DNA of 47,406 nucleotides, taken from a virus (Duplodnaviria; Caudoviricetes). Below are positions 37,248-45,779 of this stretch, piece by piece. The notes beneath the pieces are model-generated. The model was not told the origin of the DNA. It saw only the letters and a program-made list of their open reading frames with translations, and searched no databases. The position numbers and the translations under genes were made by a program. The stretch's first letter is position 1. Every line of letters begins with the position of its first letter. The stretch is taken from positions 1 to 47,406 of the IMG/VR virus record IMGVR_UViG_3300024951_000014; one strand, 5' to 3'.

Positions 37248-37955
37248 ATGAAAGAACTCCCAATTCTATTCTGCGCTCCGTTAGTGCGTGCGATCCTGAG
37301 CGGTCAAAAAACTGTGATTCGTAGTGCGGTGAAGCACGATCCGGTGAACGTGATCGCGCTCATCGGTCGAGACGATAAGCCCAAGAATAAATTTGGACTG
37401 TGCCTCACGCACCACAACGTTATCAACAAGCACTACTCGTGTCCGTATGGGAAGCCGGGAGACCGACTATGGGTACGCGAGACCTGGGCGGATGTGAACA
37501 TGTATGGGGCGCCTGCTTTGGCTTATCGGGCCGATGGAGACATTCGCAATCTGATGGAGGAGAAAAGCTTCCTCAATGACAGCGGTGCGTTTAACTACGA
37601 TGACCCGCGATCCAAGCCGTACCAGTTCGGTTGCTGGGTCGATGACTTGATCTCTGGCGCGGAAGCCAGCTGGCGCCCACCCGCCCATATGCCACGCTGG
37701 GCCAGCCGAATTCTGTTGGAGATAACCGACGTTCACGTTGAGAAACTGCAAGATATTAGCGAAGAACAGGTGATCGCCGAAGGTATCGGCGTGTCAATTT
37801 GTCAGCCGCACCTGGAAACATCCCCAACCAGGCACCCAAGTAAGTTGACGGCAGTCCATGATTTTCCTGGACATTGGGACTCCATCAACGGCGCTGGTAC
37901 CTGGGATTCAAACCCATGGGTCTGGGTCGTCGAGTTCAAGCGGGTGGTGCCATGA
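37248..37955 (+). CDS. Phage-associated hypothetical protein (ASCH-like family)
   Basis: MKE.PILF...VRAIL.G.KT, CPYGKPGDRLWVRETW, HMPRWASRI.LEIT and NPWVWVVEF. Confidence 0.8.
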   Translation: MKELPILFCAPLVRAILSGQKTVIRSAVKHDPVNVIALIGRDDKPKNKFGLCLTHHNVINKHYSCPYGKPGDRLWVRETWADVNMYGAPALAYRADGDIRNLMEEKSFLNDSGAFNYDDPRSKPYQFGCWVDDLISGAEASWRPPAHMPRWASRILLEITDVHVEKLQDISEEQVIAEGIGVSICQPHLETSPTRHPSKLTAVHDFPGHWDSINGAGTWDSNPWVWVVEFKRVVP

Positions 37956-38005
37956 TCGCCCTCGCTTGGCGCGCCTACGTATACTGCTACAAGGGGCCGC
38001 GATAA
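37952..38005 (+). CDS. 17-aa micro-ORF (MIALAWRAYVYCYKGPR)
   Basis: ATGA overlap with the preceding gene. Confidence 0.3.
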   Translation: MIALAWRAYVYCYKGPR

Positions 38006-38172
38006 ATAAAACCGCCCCATCGGCCACCGTGATGAGCCCGTGGGGCGGACATCTCAACAGTAGCTCACCCTGCCAACCACTTCAGGAGAGGAGCTGCAAG
38101 TAATGCAACTGGCGAGGTGAACGAACAAACCATAGCTCACTCGCACTCAACCTGCCTCAGCCAAAAATGAGT

Positions 38173-38230
38173 GACAGCTTTGGGTCGTTTTCTGCCTCTC
38201 GCGACGGGCAGGAAACGGCCAGAAGCGGTC
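38173..38230. repeat. Double 24-bp inverted-arm site B (GGGTCG / CGGCCA cores)
   Basis: gacagcttt-GGGTCG-ttttctgcc, linker tctcgcgacg, ggcaggaaa-CGGCCA-gaagcggtc. Confidence 0.75.
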
Positions 38231-38381
38231 AGTCGCGAAAGACACATCAAAATCACTGATTGCTAAGGCAATCTGGCACTTTTTGGAGTTAGGCTGGCTC
38301 TATATGTTGCATTCGTCGAGAAGCGCGCCCTAAAAAAGGCATTTTCATTACAATTCAATGACAAGCGTTTCGGGCCAGCAG

Positions 38382-38744
38382 ATGAAAGTCAGAGCTACAG
38401 TCATATGCGAGAGAGATAGGGAAATCTTGTTCGTTCGCAAACAGAGATCAAAATGGTCTTTGCCTGGTGGCAAGGTGGAAGCTGGCGAAGCTATCGCTGG
38501 AGCTGCCGCTCGAGAACTCCAAGAAGAAACCGGGTTAAATGTTGATCAGCTCCTGTACATTTTTGAGTTCGATGCAGGCAACACACGCCACCATGTTTTT
38601 GAGGCCTCTGTTCCAGATGCCGAAAACGCCGCACCTCAAAATGAAATCATCGAGTGCATTTGGCATTCGCTGAGTACGTTTTATGACCTAGACACAAGCG
38701 AAGCTACAAAATCAATTGTCAGATCATTTCTACGGCGCCTTTAG
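38382..38744 (+). CDS. NUDIX hydrolase
   Basis: GGKVEAGEAIAGAAARELQEETGL Nudix box. Confidence 0.92.
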   Translation: MKVRATVICERDREILFVRKQRSKWSLPGGKVEAGEAIAGAAARELQEETGLNVDQLLYIFEFDAGNTRHHVFEASVPDAENAAPQNEIIECIWHSLSTFYDLDTSEATKSIVRSFLRRL

Positions 38745-38780
38745 TCCCTCCCTGAATCATCCCGTCGCATCATTCCGAGT

Positions 38781-38838
38781 GACCGCAATGGGTCGGTTGC
38801 CGTCCTTCGCGACAGACAAAATTCGACCCAAAGCTGCC
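38781..38838. repeat. Double 24-bp inverted-arm site C (GGGTCG / CGACCC cores)
   Basis: gaccgcaat-GGGTCG-gttgccgtc, linker cttcgcgaca, gacaaaatt-CGACCC-aaagctgcc. Confidence 0.75.
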
Positions 38839-38893
38839 TTTGACGTCAGCGAGCCGGATTTCAACATTCCTGCCAAGGGAGAGTGTTAAGAGG

Positions 38894-39697
38894 CTATTGC
38901 GAAATAATGGGATCAAACCCAGAAGCCTTCAGCTTCTGTGCGGCGTTAGAGCCTTGCAGGAAGGCAATCAAGGCTTCTGCCGCCTGCGGTTGCGCAGCAT
39001 TATTTGCAACGGCCGCAGCGATCACATTCACCCTTTGAACGGCATCTGGCAGCGGCCCAACAATTTGAATGCCCGGCACAGCCATCAGCTCGCTCATTTG
39101 CTGTAATCCAACCTCTGCATCACCGCGCAGAAGGGCATGTCCAACCAGCTCTGGCGCTTCGACGACAACGCTCTTTGACTTCAATTGATCAGCGATGCCC
39201 AATTGCGGAAACATCGTCCCCGCAGCATAAACCCCGCTGACCCCACTTGAGTATGCCACTGACTTCGCTGCGAGCAGGGTGTGGCGTAGGTTGTCAATGT
39301 TTGTGATACCCGGCTTTGGGATGCCAGACTTGACTGCCAGCCCGATGCGAGAGGTGGCCAGATAAGAAGCGGTTTCCCTGCGCAAGTACCCCAACTTTAT
39401 TTGTTCATCAATCGACGTGCCAATCATGATGACCACGTCAGCGGTTTCCCCGTTTTTGATGCGTACGGGCACTGCATCGGAAGCCGTTCCAAACGATGCG
39501 CCCCAGACAAATTTCAAGCGATGCCCGGTTGTCTTTTCAAAATCGGGGGTCAGTTGCTCGAAAAAAGGCTTGAGTGCCGTTGTCGCCAGAAAATGGAGCT
39601 CGCTCGCCTTGGCGCAGTTTCCCAGTTGCAGTGCCCAAAAAACACCCAGTAATGTTGCGTACCTCAAAAGGAAGTTAATGCGCCGCATGTGATGCAT
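38894..39697 (-). CDS. Periplasmic substrate-binding protein (ModA-like fold)
   Basis: Signal peptide; FEKTTGH, GE.ADVVI, SVAYS.G.SG.Y and QQ.SEL..VPG. Start uncertain. Confidence 0.8.
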   Translation of the reverse strand: MHHMRRINFLLRYATLLGVFWALQLGNCAKASELHFLATTALKPFFEQLTPDFEKTTGHRLKFVWGASFGTASDAVPVRIKNGETADVVIMIGTSIDEQIKLGYLRRETASYLATSRIGLAVKSGIPKPGITNIDNLRHTLLAAKSVAYSSGVSGVYAAGTMFPQLGIADQLKSKSVVVEAPELVGHALLRGDAEVGLQQMSELMAVPGIQIVGPLPDAVQRVNVIAAAVANNAAQPQAAEALIAFLQGSNAAQKLKASGFDPIISQ

Positions 39698-39836
39698 CCC
39701 CACTGTACTGAGTGTTCCCTCAGTGATTCGATTAAAAAAGGCGACGAGTGCGTAAACAAACCATGTTCCCAATGAGTAGCCGGCCTTAACCCCGGCTATT
39801 GGACTTCATATTGCCCAACACCTGGGGCAAGCCAAC

Positions 39837-40607
39837 TCATATGGATTTCGATTGAAGGGTTTTGACCACTGCTTCACCGAGAGCCTTCGCTGACGCCGGG
39901 TTTTGACCCGTGACCAGACGGCCATCGATCACGACTCGATTTTCGAAGTTGGGTGCCTTTTCAAATTTCGCACCGGCATTCTTCAAGGCGCTTTCCAATA
40001 CAAACGGAACGATCTTGTCGTAACGGCGCGCAATCTCTTCTTCAGCGGTGAATGCGGTAAGACGACGACCTTTGATCAAGCTCTGGCCGTTGCTGAGTTT
40101 GACGTCGATCAGCCCGGCAGGACCATGACATACGGCACTGACAACACCGTTGCTTTCATAGATGGTGCGCACGATTTCATCAAGTTCAGGGTTGCGCACG
40201 AAGTCCCACATCGGGCCATGTCCACCGACAAGCAGGACAGCGGCGTATTTCGATGGTTCGACATCCGAAAGCTTGAGGGTGTTACCCAGTTTGTTCCGGT
40301 GTTCAGGATTGGTCCAAAACTTAAGGGTTGCTTGATCCCTAAGGTCAAAACCATCGAACGGAGCAAGACCGCCTTTTGGGCTTGCAATATCGTAATTGAG
40401 TCCGGCGTCGTCAAAGACCTCGACGGGATGCGTAAGCTCTGGCATCCAGAAACCACCGACAAGGTTCGGTGCCTTCTTGTCCAGGCTGGAAACCACAATC
40501 AGTATTTTTTCGCTGCCCTGTTTTTCCTGGGCGACAACAGGACTGGTAGCAACTGCAAGCGCGGCAATTGCGCCTGCAAGACCAGCAAAATACTTAGCAA
40601 TCGACAT
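39837..40607 (-). CDS. DJ-1/PfpI family (type 1 GATase-like) protein with signal peptide
   Basis: ELTHP, ASPKGG, GGHG.MWD, AVCHGP and TGQNPAS. Confidence 0.9.
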   Translation of the reverse strand: MSIAKYFAGLAGAIAALAVATSPVVAQEKQGSEKILIVVSSLDKKAPNLVGGFWMPELTHPVEVFDDAGLNYDIASPKGGLAPFDGFDLRDQATLKFWTNPEHRNKLGNTLKLSDVEPSKYAAVLLVGGHGPMWDFVRNPELDEIVRTIYESNGVVSAVCHGPAGLIDVKLSNGQSLIKGRRLTAFTAEEEIARRYDKIVPFVLESALKNAGAKFEKAPNFENRVVIDGRLVTGQNPASAKALGEAVVKTLQSKSI

Positions 40608-40794
40608 GTTCAGATCCTTCAGTTGTTGGCTGTCCAGATCACTTTATCCGCGAGCAGAGACGCAAAGTAGCCAACCAAACCCGAACAGACTGTTTAATAA
40701 ATTTACCTAATGGCTTTGGATTGGTAATTAAAATCTGCGTAGAGTGCGTATCAATAACCCGGCTACAAATGTGCCAAACGGATAAAGAGATGAG

Positions 40795-41697
40795 ATGAAC
40801 CACCCCGATAGCTTTGATGGATTATCAGAATTTCTAGCCATTTCCAGACGGCTGAGTATTCGTAAAGCTGCGCTTGACCTTGGTAAAACCCCAGGTTCAA
40901 TCACCCAGGCGTTGCAGAAACTGGAGCGTCGCCTGGGTGTACCGCTGTTCCATCGCACCACTCGAAAGATGGCGCTGACAGAAGCGGGGGAAAATTTACT
41001 GTTGAAAATCGAGCCCGCAGCACAAGCCATTGCAACGGGTCTCGAGGACGCTGCACAGTCGGCAAAGGCACCCTCGGGAACACTGAGGCTGATTGTGGAG
41101 CGCCTTGCGTTGCCGCACGTTATTGAGCCTCTACTTCCTGCATTTCGAGAGGCCTGGCCAAATTTGAACGTGGACATCACGGTCAGTAACCGTCATGACA
41201 ATTTCGTATCGGAAGGTTATGACGCAGGTATCCTGATCGGTTCCTACATTGAGCAAGACATGATCGCAGTCAGGCTTTCGAAACCGTTCCAATGGGCTGT
41301 CTTTGGAGCGCCAGCCTATTTCAAGGCTAACGGAAAGCCGCAAGTTACCAGCGACCTTGTGCACCACGAATGCATTCGATTCCGTCGCCCGGAAAAGGGC
41401 GACATCTATCGATGGGAGTTCATTGAAAATAACGAAAGTATGAGGATCGAGCCGAACGGCCCGATTACAGTCAATGATGGAGAGCTGATGCGCAGCCTTG
41501 CCGTACAAGGGGTTGGACTCATTTACTCTTCAACATTTCACACCTCCCGTGAACTCGCCAGCGGTACGCTTGAGCCGGCGCTACTTGACTGTTCTCCGGG
41601 TAATGATGGGCTCTTTCTTTATTTTTCAAGAGCAGCAAAAAACCAACCGAAATTACGTGCTTTTATTGAGATGTGCTCAAAGATATTAATAATTTAA
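40795..41697 (+). CDS. LysR-family transcriptional regulator
   Basis: HTH ...LERRLGV.LF.RTTR...LTEAG; divergent from the DJ-1/SBP genes. Confidence 0.93.
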   Translation: MNHPDSFDGLSEFLAISRRLSIRKAALDLGKTPGSITQALQKLERRLGVPLFHRTTRKMALTEAGENLLLKIEPAAQAIATGLEDAAQSAKAPSGTLRLIVERLALPHVIEPLLPAFREAWPNLNVDITVSNRHDNFVSEGYDAGILIGSYIEQDMIAVRLSKPFQWAVFGAPAYFKANGKPQVTSDLVHHECIRFRRPEKGDIYRWEFIENNESMRIEPNGPITVNDGELMRSLAVQGVGLIYSSTFHTSRELASGTLEPALLDCSPGNDGLFLYFSRAAKNQPKLRAFIEMCSKILII

Positions 41698-41929
41698 CTA
41701 ATAAGCACTCGATGCTAAACATATAAGGGGGCGCTGATTTTTTGCAATGCCTCCATGCCTTGAACTTTAAATGGTCGTGTTGTTCTTGCGTGCGCGCCTT
41801 ATTTAGATAGATCGCTGCAGAAAAAACGGTGATCGTTGCCTCTGTGAGCAGTTCAGACTCAGTCAAGACTGAAGTTAGCTCGACCAATTTTCTCCCCTGA
41901 CCTTCAATGCCCAGTAGGCTGCTTACGAT

Positions 41930-41953
41930 GACCGCTATTGGCCGATTGCTGTC
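41930..41953. repeat. Single 24-bp inverted-arm site D (TGGCCG core)
   Basis: gaccgctat-TGGCCG-attgctgtc. Confidence 0.7.
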
Positions 41954-42156
41954 GTATATAGCACGCCCAATGAGAATAAACGTTTAGGGCATATTTAGGG
42001 CAGGATCAGGGCCGCCACAGGCCGCAGGATGCCCGATACAGATTGATAAAAGCCCGTTTTTTGCGGTCTAGAGCGGACCAGAGGGAGTGCTGAAGGGGTT
42101 CGAGCCTCTATCCATGTGACTGTTTTCAAATAAAGGGCCTTGCGGCCCTTCTTTCC

Positions 42157-43812
42157 TTATCCAATACGGGGCATGCGTATCGATCCGCCATCACCCCCTG
42201 GCCGTTCTCTGCTAGGAGGATCCCGAGGAGGTGGGTCACGGTGAGGCGGCTCAGGACGATCCACCTCGGGCGCATTAGGCTCTGGTCGTCGGAAGGTATG
42301 AGGCTCTCTCGGCCCTCGCTCATGACGAGCGTCACGCGCAGCTTGCCGTCTTGCTTCATCTTCCCGACGGGCTATTTCCGCATCAAGTTGTTGAAGCTCA
42401 CGTTGTTTAGATAAGTAAGCGGCTGAGATTCTGTTAAATAAACTGGTTTTATTCGTCAGCTCTGTGGTCCTCGCTTGGAGATCTGCCTCCACCTTTGCTT
42501 TCTGTTCAATGATCCTTTCTTGATCGAAAATAGCATTTTCCTTAACCGCGCCTTGTGCTTGCTTCAATTCAGTAGCTTTTGCAAGGTACGCGCGCACCAT
42601 CGCGAGCCTACGTGCATAGAATGAGCGAGTAGGGGACGTGAGCGTGAAATGAACAGGATCATTAGGTACTCGCATTTCTATGCCCAAACGTGCCATCACA
42701 GAACGTAGCTTCCGATGTGAACTGGAATTCCAATTCCATCCTGTAGGTATCGTCATGTCAGTGGCTTGACCAAACATGTGTTCACTTCTGACGTATTTGC
42801 CAACAGGAGTTCCATCTTTTTTTGCTTTTGAATAAAGGTCCGATTGTCTCCAAGGTGTTCTTGCCCCGGATGTGACCGAGATTCCTTTGAATCCGGAAGC
42901 CTTTAGGTCAATAACGTCTTGTTTGAGTTTTTCGTTAGTGATCTTATCAGGCTCAGCAAAAAGAAGATTAATTTCATCTATCTTGTTTGCTAGTTCAGGG
43001 TCTAAATACTTGCCTCCGAGCATTTGGTCTGTTGCCCACGGTTTTCCAGATACGTCCATTGTTCCGTCTTTTATAACATCTAAAAAAGGGTCTTTTTTCT
43101 TGTCGTATGGTATTTTAGGATTGAACGGTGGAAGGTCTTTTTTAGAGTCCAGATCTAACCCGAGTAGCTTCATGCCAAGCTTTGATTTGCGTTGGTTAAT
43201 TACTGAGTCCGTAGCGGCGATAGCGTCTTCGGTTTCTTTGATTTTCTTGTCGTAATCAGCAATCAGGTTGTTAACTTTATCTATAAGTTTTGATGTGTCT
43301 GCTGATTGGATTGCAAGTTCTTTATTGGCTTGATCAAGCTGCTCATTTTCCAGCTCATTTGTTTCCCATGTTGTAATAAAGGTAAGCCAAGCCCCGAACC
43401 ATGTTTCATCAAATAATTGTTCTTCGTCGACGTTTGGTATTACACAAAAGGCAAATGGGTAGCCCATCGGTGTGAAAACTCTGTAATTTTCATCTTCTGA
43501 TGCGTGTTTAAGGTTCTTAGTGAATTCTTCACTCCAGTTGTTTTTTTGATACGAAAGCCAAGAAGGAGAAAATGACGTTCGGCCTTCTTCATCACGGAAA
43601 CACCAAAGATGGCCGGTGTATTTTGCTAACTGAAATTTTAAAGGTAATGCGTCCACCAGTTCGCCTGGCAGTTCAGAAGGTTCAATCAGTCCATTTTTGG
43701 ATTTCTGCTCATCCTCGTAATAATATGGGTATAGCTCAGAGAACTCGTACGAGGTGCATCCCGTCATGAGTAGGGAAGCTATAGCTACAGCTCCGTAGAC
43801 AGTTCTTGCCAT
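42157..43812 (-). CDS. Lipoprotein with coiled coils and an M15-type zinc peptidase domain
   Basis: Lipobox LMTGC; TSGART..RQ..LY, SEHMFGQATD (SxHxxGxAxD) and NDPVHF; Pro/Arg-rich tail. Confidence 0.78.
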   Translation of the reverse strand: MARTVYGAVAIASLLMTGCTSYEFSELYPYYYEDEQKSKNGLIEPSELPGELVDALPLKFQLAKYTGHLWCFRDEEGRTSFSPSWLSYQKNNWSEEFTKNLKHASEDENYRVFTPMGYPFAFCVIPNVDEEQLFDETWFGAWLTFITTWETNELENEQLDQANKELAIQSADTSKLIDKVNNLIADYDKKIKETEDAIAATDSVINQRKSKLGMKLLGLDLDSKKDLPPFNPKIPYDKKKDPFLDVIKDGTMDVSGKPWATDQMLGGKYLDPELANKIDEINLLFAEPDKITNEKLKQDVIDLKASGFKGISVTSGARTPWRQSDLYSKAKKDGTPVGKYVRSEHMFGQATDMTIPTGWNWNSSSHRKLRSVMARLGIEMRVPNDPVHFTLTSPTRSFYARRLAMVRAYLAKATELKQAQGAVKENAIFDQERIIEQKAKVEADLQARTTELTNKTSLFNRISAAYLSKQRELQQLDAEIARREDEARRQAARDARHERGPREPHTFRRPEPNAPEVDRPEPPHRDPPPRDPPSRERPGGDGGSIRMPRIG

Positions 43813-44046
43813 ATTGTTTTTTCCTTGGTTGGTTTAAATTTATTAAAGTTGATATCGGCGATTTTTTCTTAAAGCTGCTCATAGCTTTGCCGTGTCGTGT
43901 GCGTGTGGGTAGCTCAAGGTTTCTGTTCTTTAGGAGGTTGTAGCAACTGTAGTCTTTTTTTTGGTTTTCCAAGGCCGGATGAGTCTGGTTCTGTGCTTAC
44001 GTGCAACCAGTGGTTTATCAGATGGCCCGGTTTACGGGAGTAGACC

Positions 44047-44126
44047 AGGTGGTGGTGGTGGTGGTGGTGGTGGTGGTGGTGGTTGATCTTGTAGAGCAGG
44101 GAAGGGAGCAGGTCTGAATTGGGCAT
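44047..44126 (-). pseudogene. Truncated copy of the MPNSDLLPSLL gene ending in a CAC repeat
   Basis: The first 15 codons match 44619-44575, then the sequence runs into 11 His codons. Confidence 0.65.
44048..44083 (+). repeat. (GGT)12 microsatellite
   Basis: Perfect 36-nt trinucleotide run. Confidence 0.95.
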
Positions 44127-44339
44127 CGCGAATCCTCCGTGAAGAACTCAGCGTAGTAGTCGAACGTGGAGAGGGTCATTTACTGCCGCCCCTAAGCAAG
44201 GTGGGACTCCCCAAGACTACAAACAAAGCACCGGTAATGCCCGTGACAGGCATGTGCTACGGTCTGCTAAAAAATTGCTACAAAGTGAACAGTTGCAGCA
44301 GGGATAGCTAGGTGGGCCGGTACTTTAGTGGAGTACTAC

Positions 44340-44357
44340 GTCCAATCCATCATCGGC
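44340..44357 (-). other. Relic dusA-type att core
   Basis: Reverse complement GCCGATGATGGATTGGAC encodes (A)PMMDW(T), the conserved DusA N-terminal motif. TGCTA repeats lie nearby (44255-44281). Confidence 0.6.
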
Positions 44358-44377
44358 CTGCTTCTTCGGGTTGAAGC

Positions 44378-44401
44378 CGCTGCTTCGGGTCGTTAGCTGC
44401 T
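44378..44401. repeat. Single 24-bp inverted-arm site E (GGGTCG core, degenerate)
   Basis: cgctgcttc-GGGTCG-ttagctgct. Confidence 0.5.
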
Positions 44402-44409
44402 GACACTAT

Positions 44410-44619
44410 TCATTCTGGCGACATGAGAACGGCGAGAGTCAGCTTTATGAACTCCTCATTCTTGTCGATCGTATCCAGAGCCCCACGCACATTATCTGCC
44501 ACGTCGCCTGCTCCTCGTTGTTCAGCCCAGTTAGAGATTTCCATGATGGCGGCCTCAAGAGCGAGTTGGTTTTCATTGATCTTGAACAGCAGGGAAGGGA
44601 GTAGGTCTGAGTTCGGCAT
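44410..44619 (-). CDS. Small hypothetical protein (MPNSDLLPSLLFKINENQLALEAA...)
   Basis: 69 aa with a GGGGA RBS; lies beside the att duplication. Confidence 0.7.
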   Translation of the reverse strand: MPNSDLLPSLLFKINENQLALEAAIMEISNWAEQRGAGDVADNVRGALDTIDKNEEFIKLTLAVLMSPE

Positions 44620-44694
44620 CGTGATTTCCCCATGAAAAAATTTAGCGTAGCAGGTGGGAACAGTAGCGATGCACAGGGAGGAGCAGATTGAACA

Positions 44695-44727
44695 GCTAAA
44701 GCTAAGGCTAAGGCTAAGGCTAAGGCT
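44695..44727 (+). repeat. (GCTAAG)n hexamer repeat, about 5.5 units
   Basis: gctaaa-gctaag x4-gct. Confidence 0.9.
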
Positions 44728-44893
44728 CGGATGCATCCCACAACCTAGGGCAATGGAGCGGTAGAGCAGGGGAGCAATTCCGTTCCGCAACTCAAAACGG
44801 ACTCCTTGAAAGCTGTGGGATGCAGACCGTTAAAAATCAGTAGCTTGCGGAACGGTAAAACTGCTAACCTATTGAAATAGCTTGTTTTGTGGA

Positions 44894-44941
44894 TGGATTG
44901 CAAATCCACCTACGCCGGTTCGATTCCAACCTCGGCCTCCA
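44894..44941 (+). other. 3' fragment of tRNA-Cys(GCA), att duplication
   Basis: Anticodon arm TGGA-TTGCAAA-TCCA, T arm GGTTCGATTCC and a CCA end; no D arm or 5' acceptor strand. Confidence 0.85.
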
Positions 44942-44949
44942 CTTTAAAC

Positions 44950-44984
44950 AAGCTCCGTAGATCGATGATTTACGGAGCTTTTTT
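44950..44984 (+). terminator. Intrinsic terminator after the tRNA-Cys fragment
   Basis: AAGCTCCGTAGATC / GATTTACGGAGCTT followed by a T run. Confidence 0.75.
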
Positions 44985-45136
44985 ATTTGCGTCGTCCTGC
45001 AAGATTTAGTCTTGAAATGGGCGTTTGCAAACTTGCTTCACCGGGACGGGATGTATATATTTCGTCCTCTGCTGCACAGGCGTCAGAACTGACAGATCGT
45101 CATTTGTCAGCCATCAGACTGCCTGACCGCGCTACC

Positions 45137-45223
45137 GCCCGAATGGCGAAACTGGTAGACGCATGGGACTTAAAATCCCCCGCTCGTAAGGGCGTGCCGG
45201 TTCGATTCCGGCTTCGGGCACCA
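45137..45223 (+). tRNA. tRNA-Leu(TAA)
   Basis: 87 nt; acceptor GCCCGAA/TTCGGGC, anticodon loop CT-TAA-AA, long variable arm, TTCGA and CCA. Confidence 0.96.
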
Positions 45224-45231
45224 TGAATATC

Positions 45232-45267
45232 AAAGGCTTGCGTGAGATACCTCACGCAGGCCTTTTT
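45232..45267 (+). terminator. Intrinsic terminator after tRNA-Leu
   Basis: AAAGGCTTGCGTGAG-atac-CTCACGCAGGCCTTTTT. Confidence 0.8.
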
Positions 45268-45343
45268 CATTTCTACTCGGCTATTTTTCGAAGTGTTCTG
45301 CGAACGATCACTTTGCCGACTTCATCTTCTTGCGAGGCCCAGG

Positions 45344-45694
45344 ATGGCATGGAAGACACTTAAGTACCTGATGGTATCGGGCATCGTTCTGGCGAGTGCG
45401 GCCTACGCGTCAAGGTATGCGTACTTCAATTACTACATGGAGTACCAGGCTAAAAACCTTGTCAGGGATTATCTGAAAGACCCTCAATCCGCGGTGTTCA
45501 GGAACATTGACTCCAGGCACCAGGTATTTTGCGGCGAGGTGAACAGCCGAAACAGCTTCGGGGGAATGGTCGGTTTTTCAAGGTTCATCGCACTTCCTCG
45601 CGATAGCAGAGTTTTACTGGAGGAAGAGTTTGAAAGCCGAAACGCTGGGGAATTGTTTGAGCAGTCGTGGAGGCTGACCTGCGAACCGGCTTGA
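45344..45694 (+). CDS. Exported/membrane-anchored hypothetical protein
   Basis: N-terminal hydrophobic segment; LKDP.SA.FRN...CGEVNSRNSFGG..GF motif. Confidence 0.7.
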   Translation: MAWKTLKYLMVSGIVLASAAYASRYAYFNYYMEYQAKNLVRDYLKDPQSAVFRNIDSRHQVFCGEVNSRNSFGGMVGFSRFIALPRDSRVLLEEEFESRNAGELFEQSWRLTCEPA

Positions 45695-45779
45695 GTGGGA
45701 TTCTTACCGTAATTTATAAAATCAAGGGTTTGCGAGCGAAAGCTGATGCAAACCCTTGTTTGTTTCCGGTCGACTATTT

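Larger units (their letters stand above)
1..44941. mobile_element. Prophage or composite island inserted at tRNA-Cys (left end outside window; phage core 1834-36964)
   Basis: Full set of integration, immunity, replication, packaging, head, tail and lysis genes, with a 3' tRNA-Cys duplication at the right end. Confidence 0.85.

Noticed and set aside
37056-38838. Integron attC array or CRISPR array
   Set aside because: No RYYYAAC/GTTRRRY boxes or IntI; repeats are degenerate and separated by whole genes; no cas genes.
43914-44126. Genuine poly-His metal-binding protein
   Set aside because: The His run is a pure microsatellite at a truncation point, and the rest of the ORF looks like read-through.
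44695-44727. (GCTAAG)n as an integrated product of the RT (GCTAAG also occurs at 8602-8607)
   Set aside because: That segment is base-paired, and its CUU-AG-CUU register would give a 5-nt rather than 6-nt repeat. A 6-nt match is expected by chance.
44894-44941. Functional tRNA-Cys
   Set aside because: The 5' acceptor strand and D arm are missing and the T stem is mismatched.
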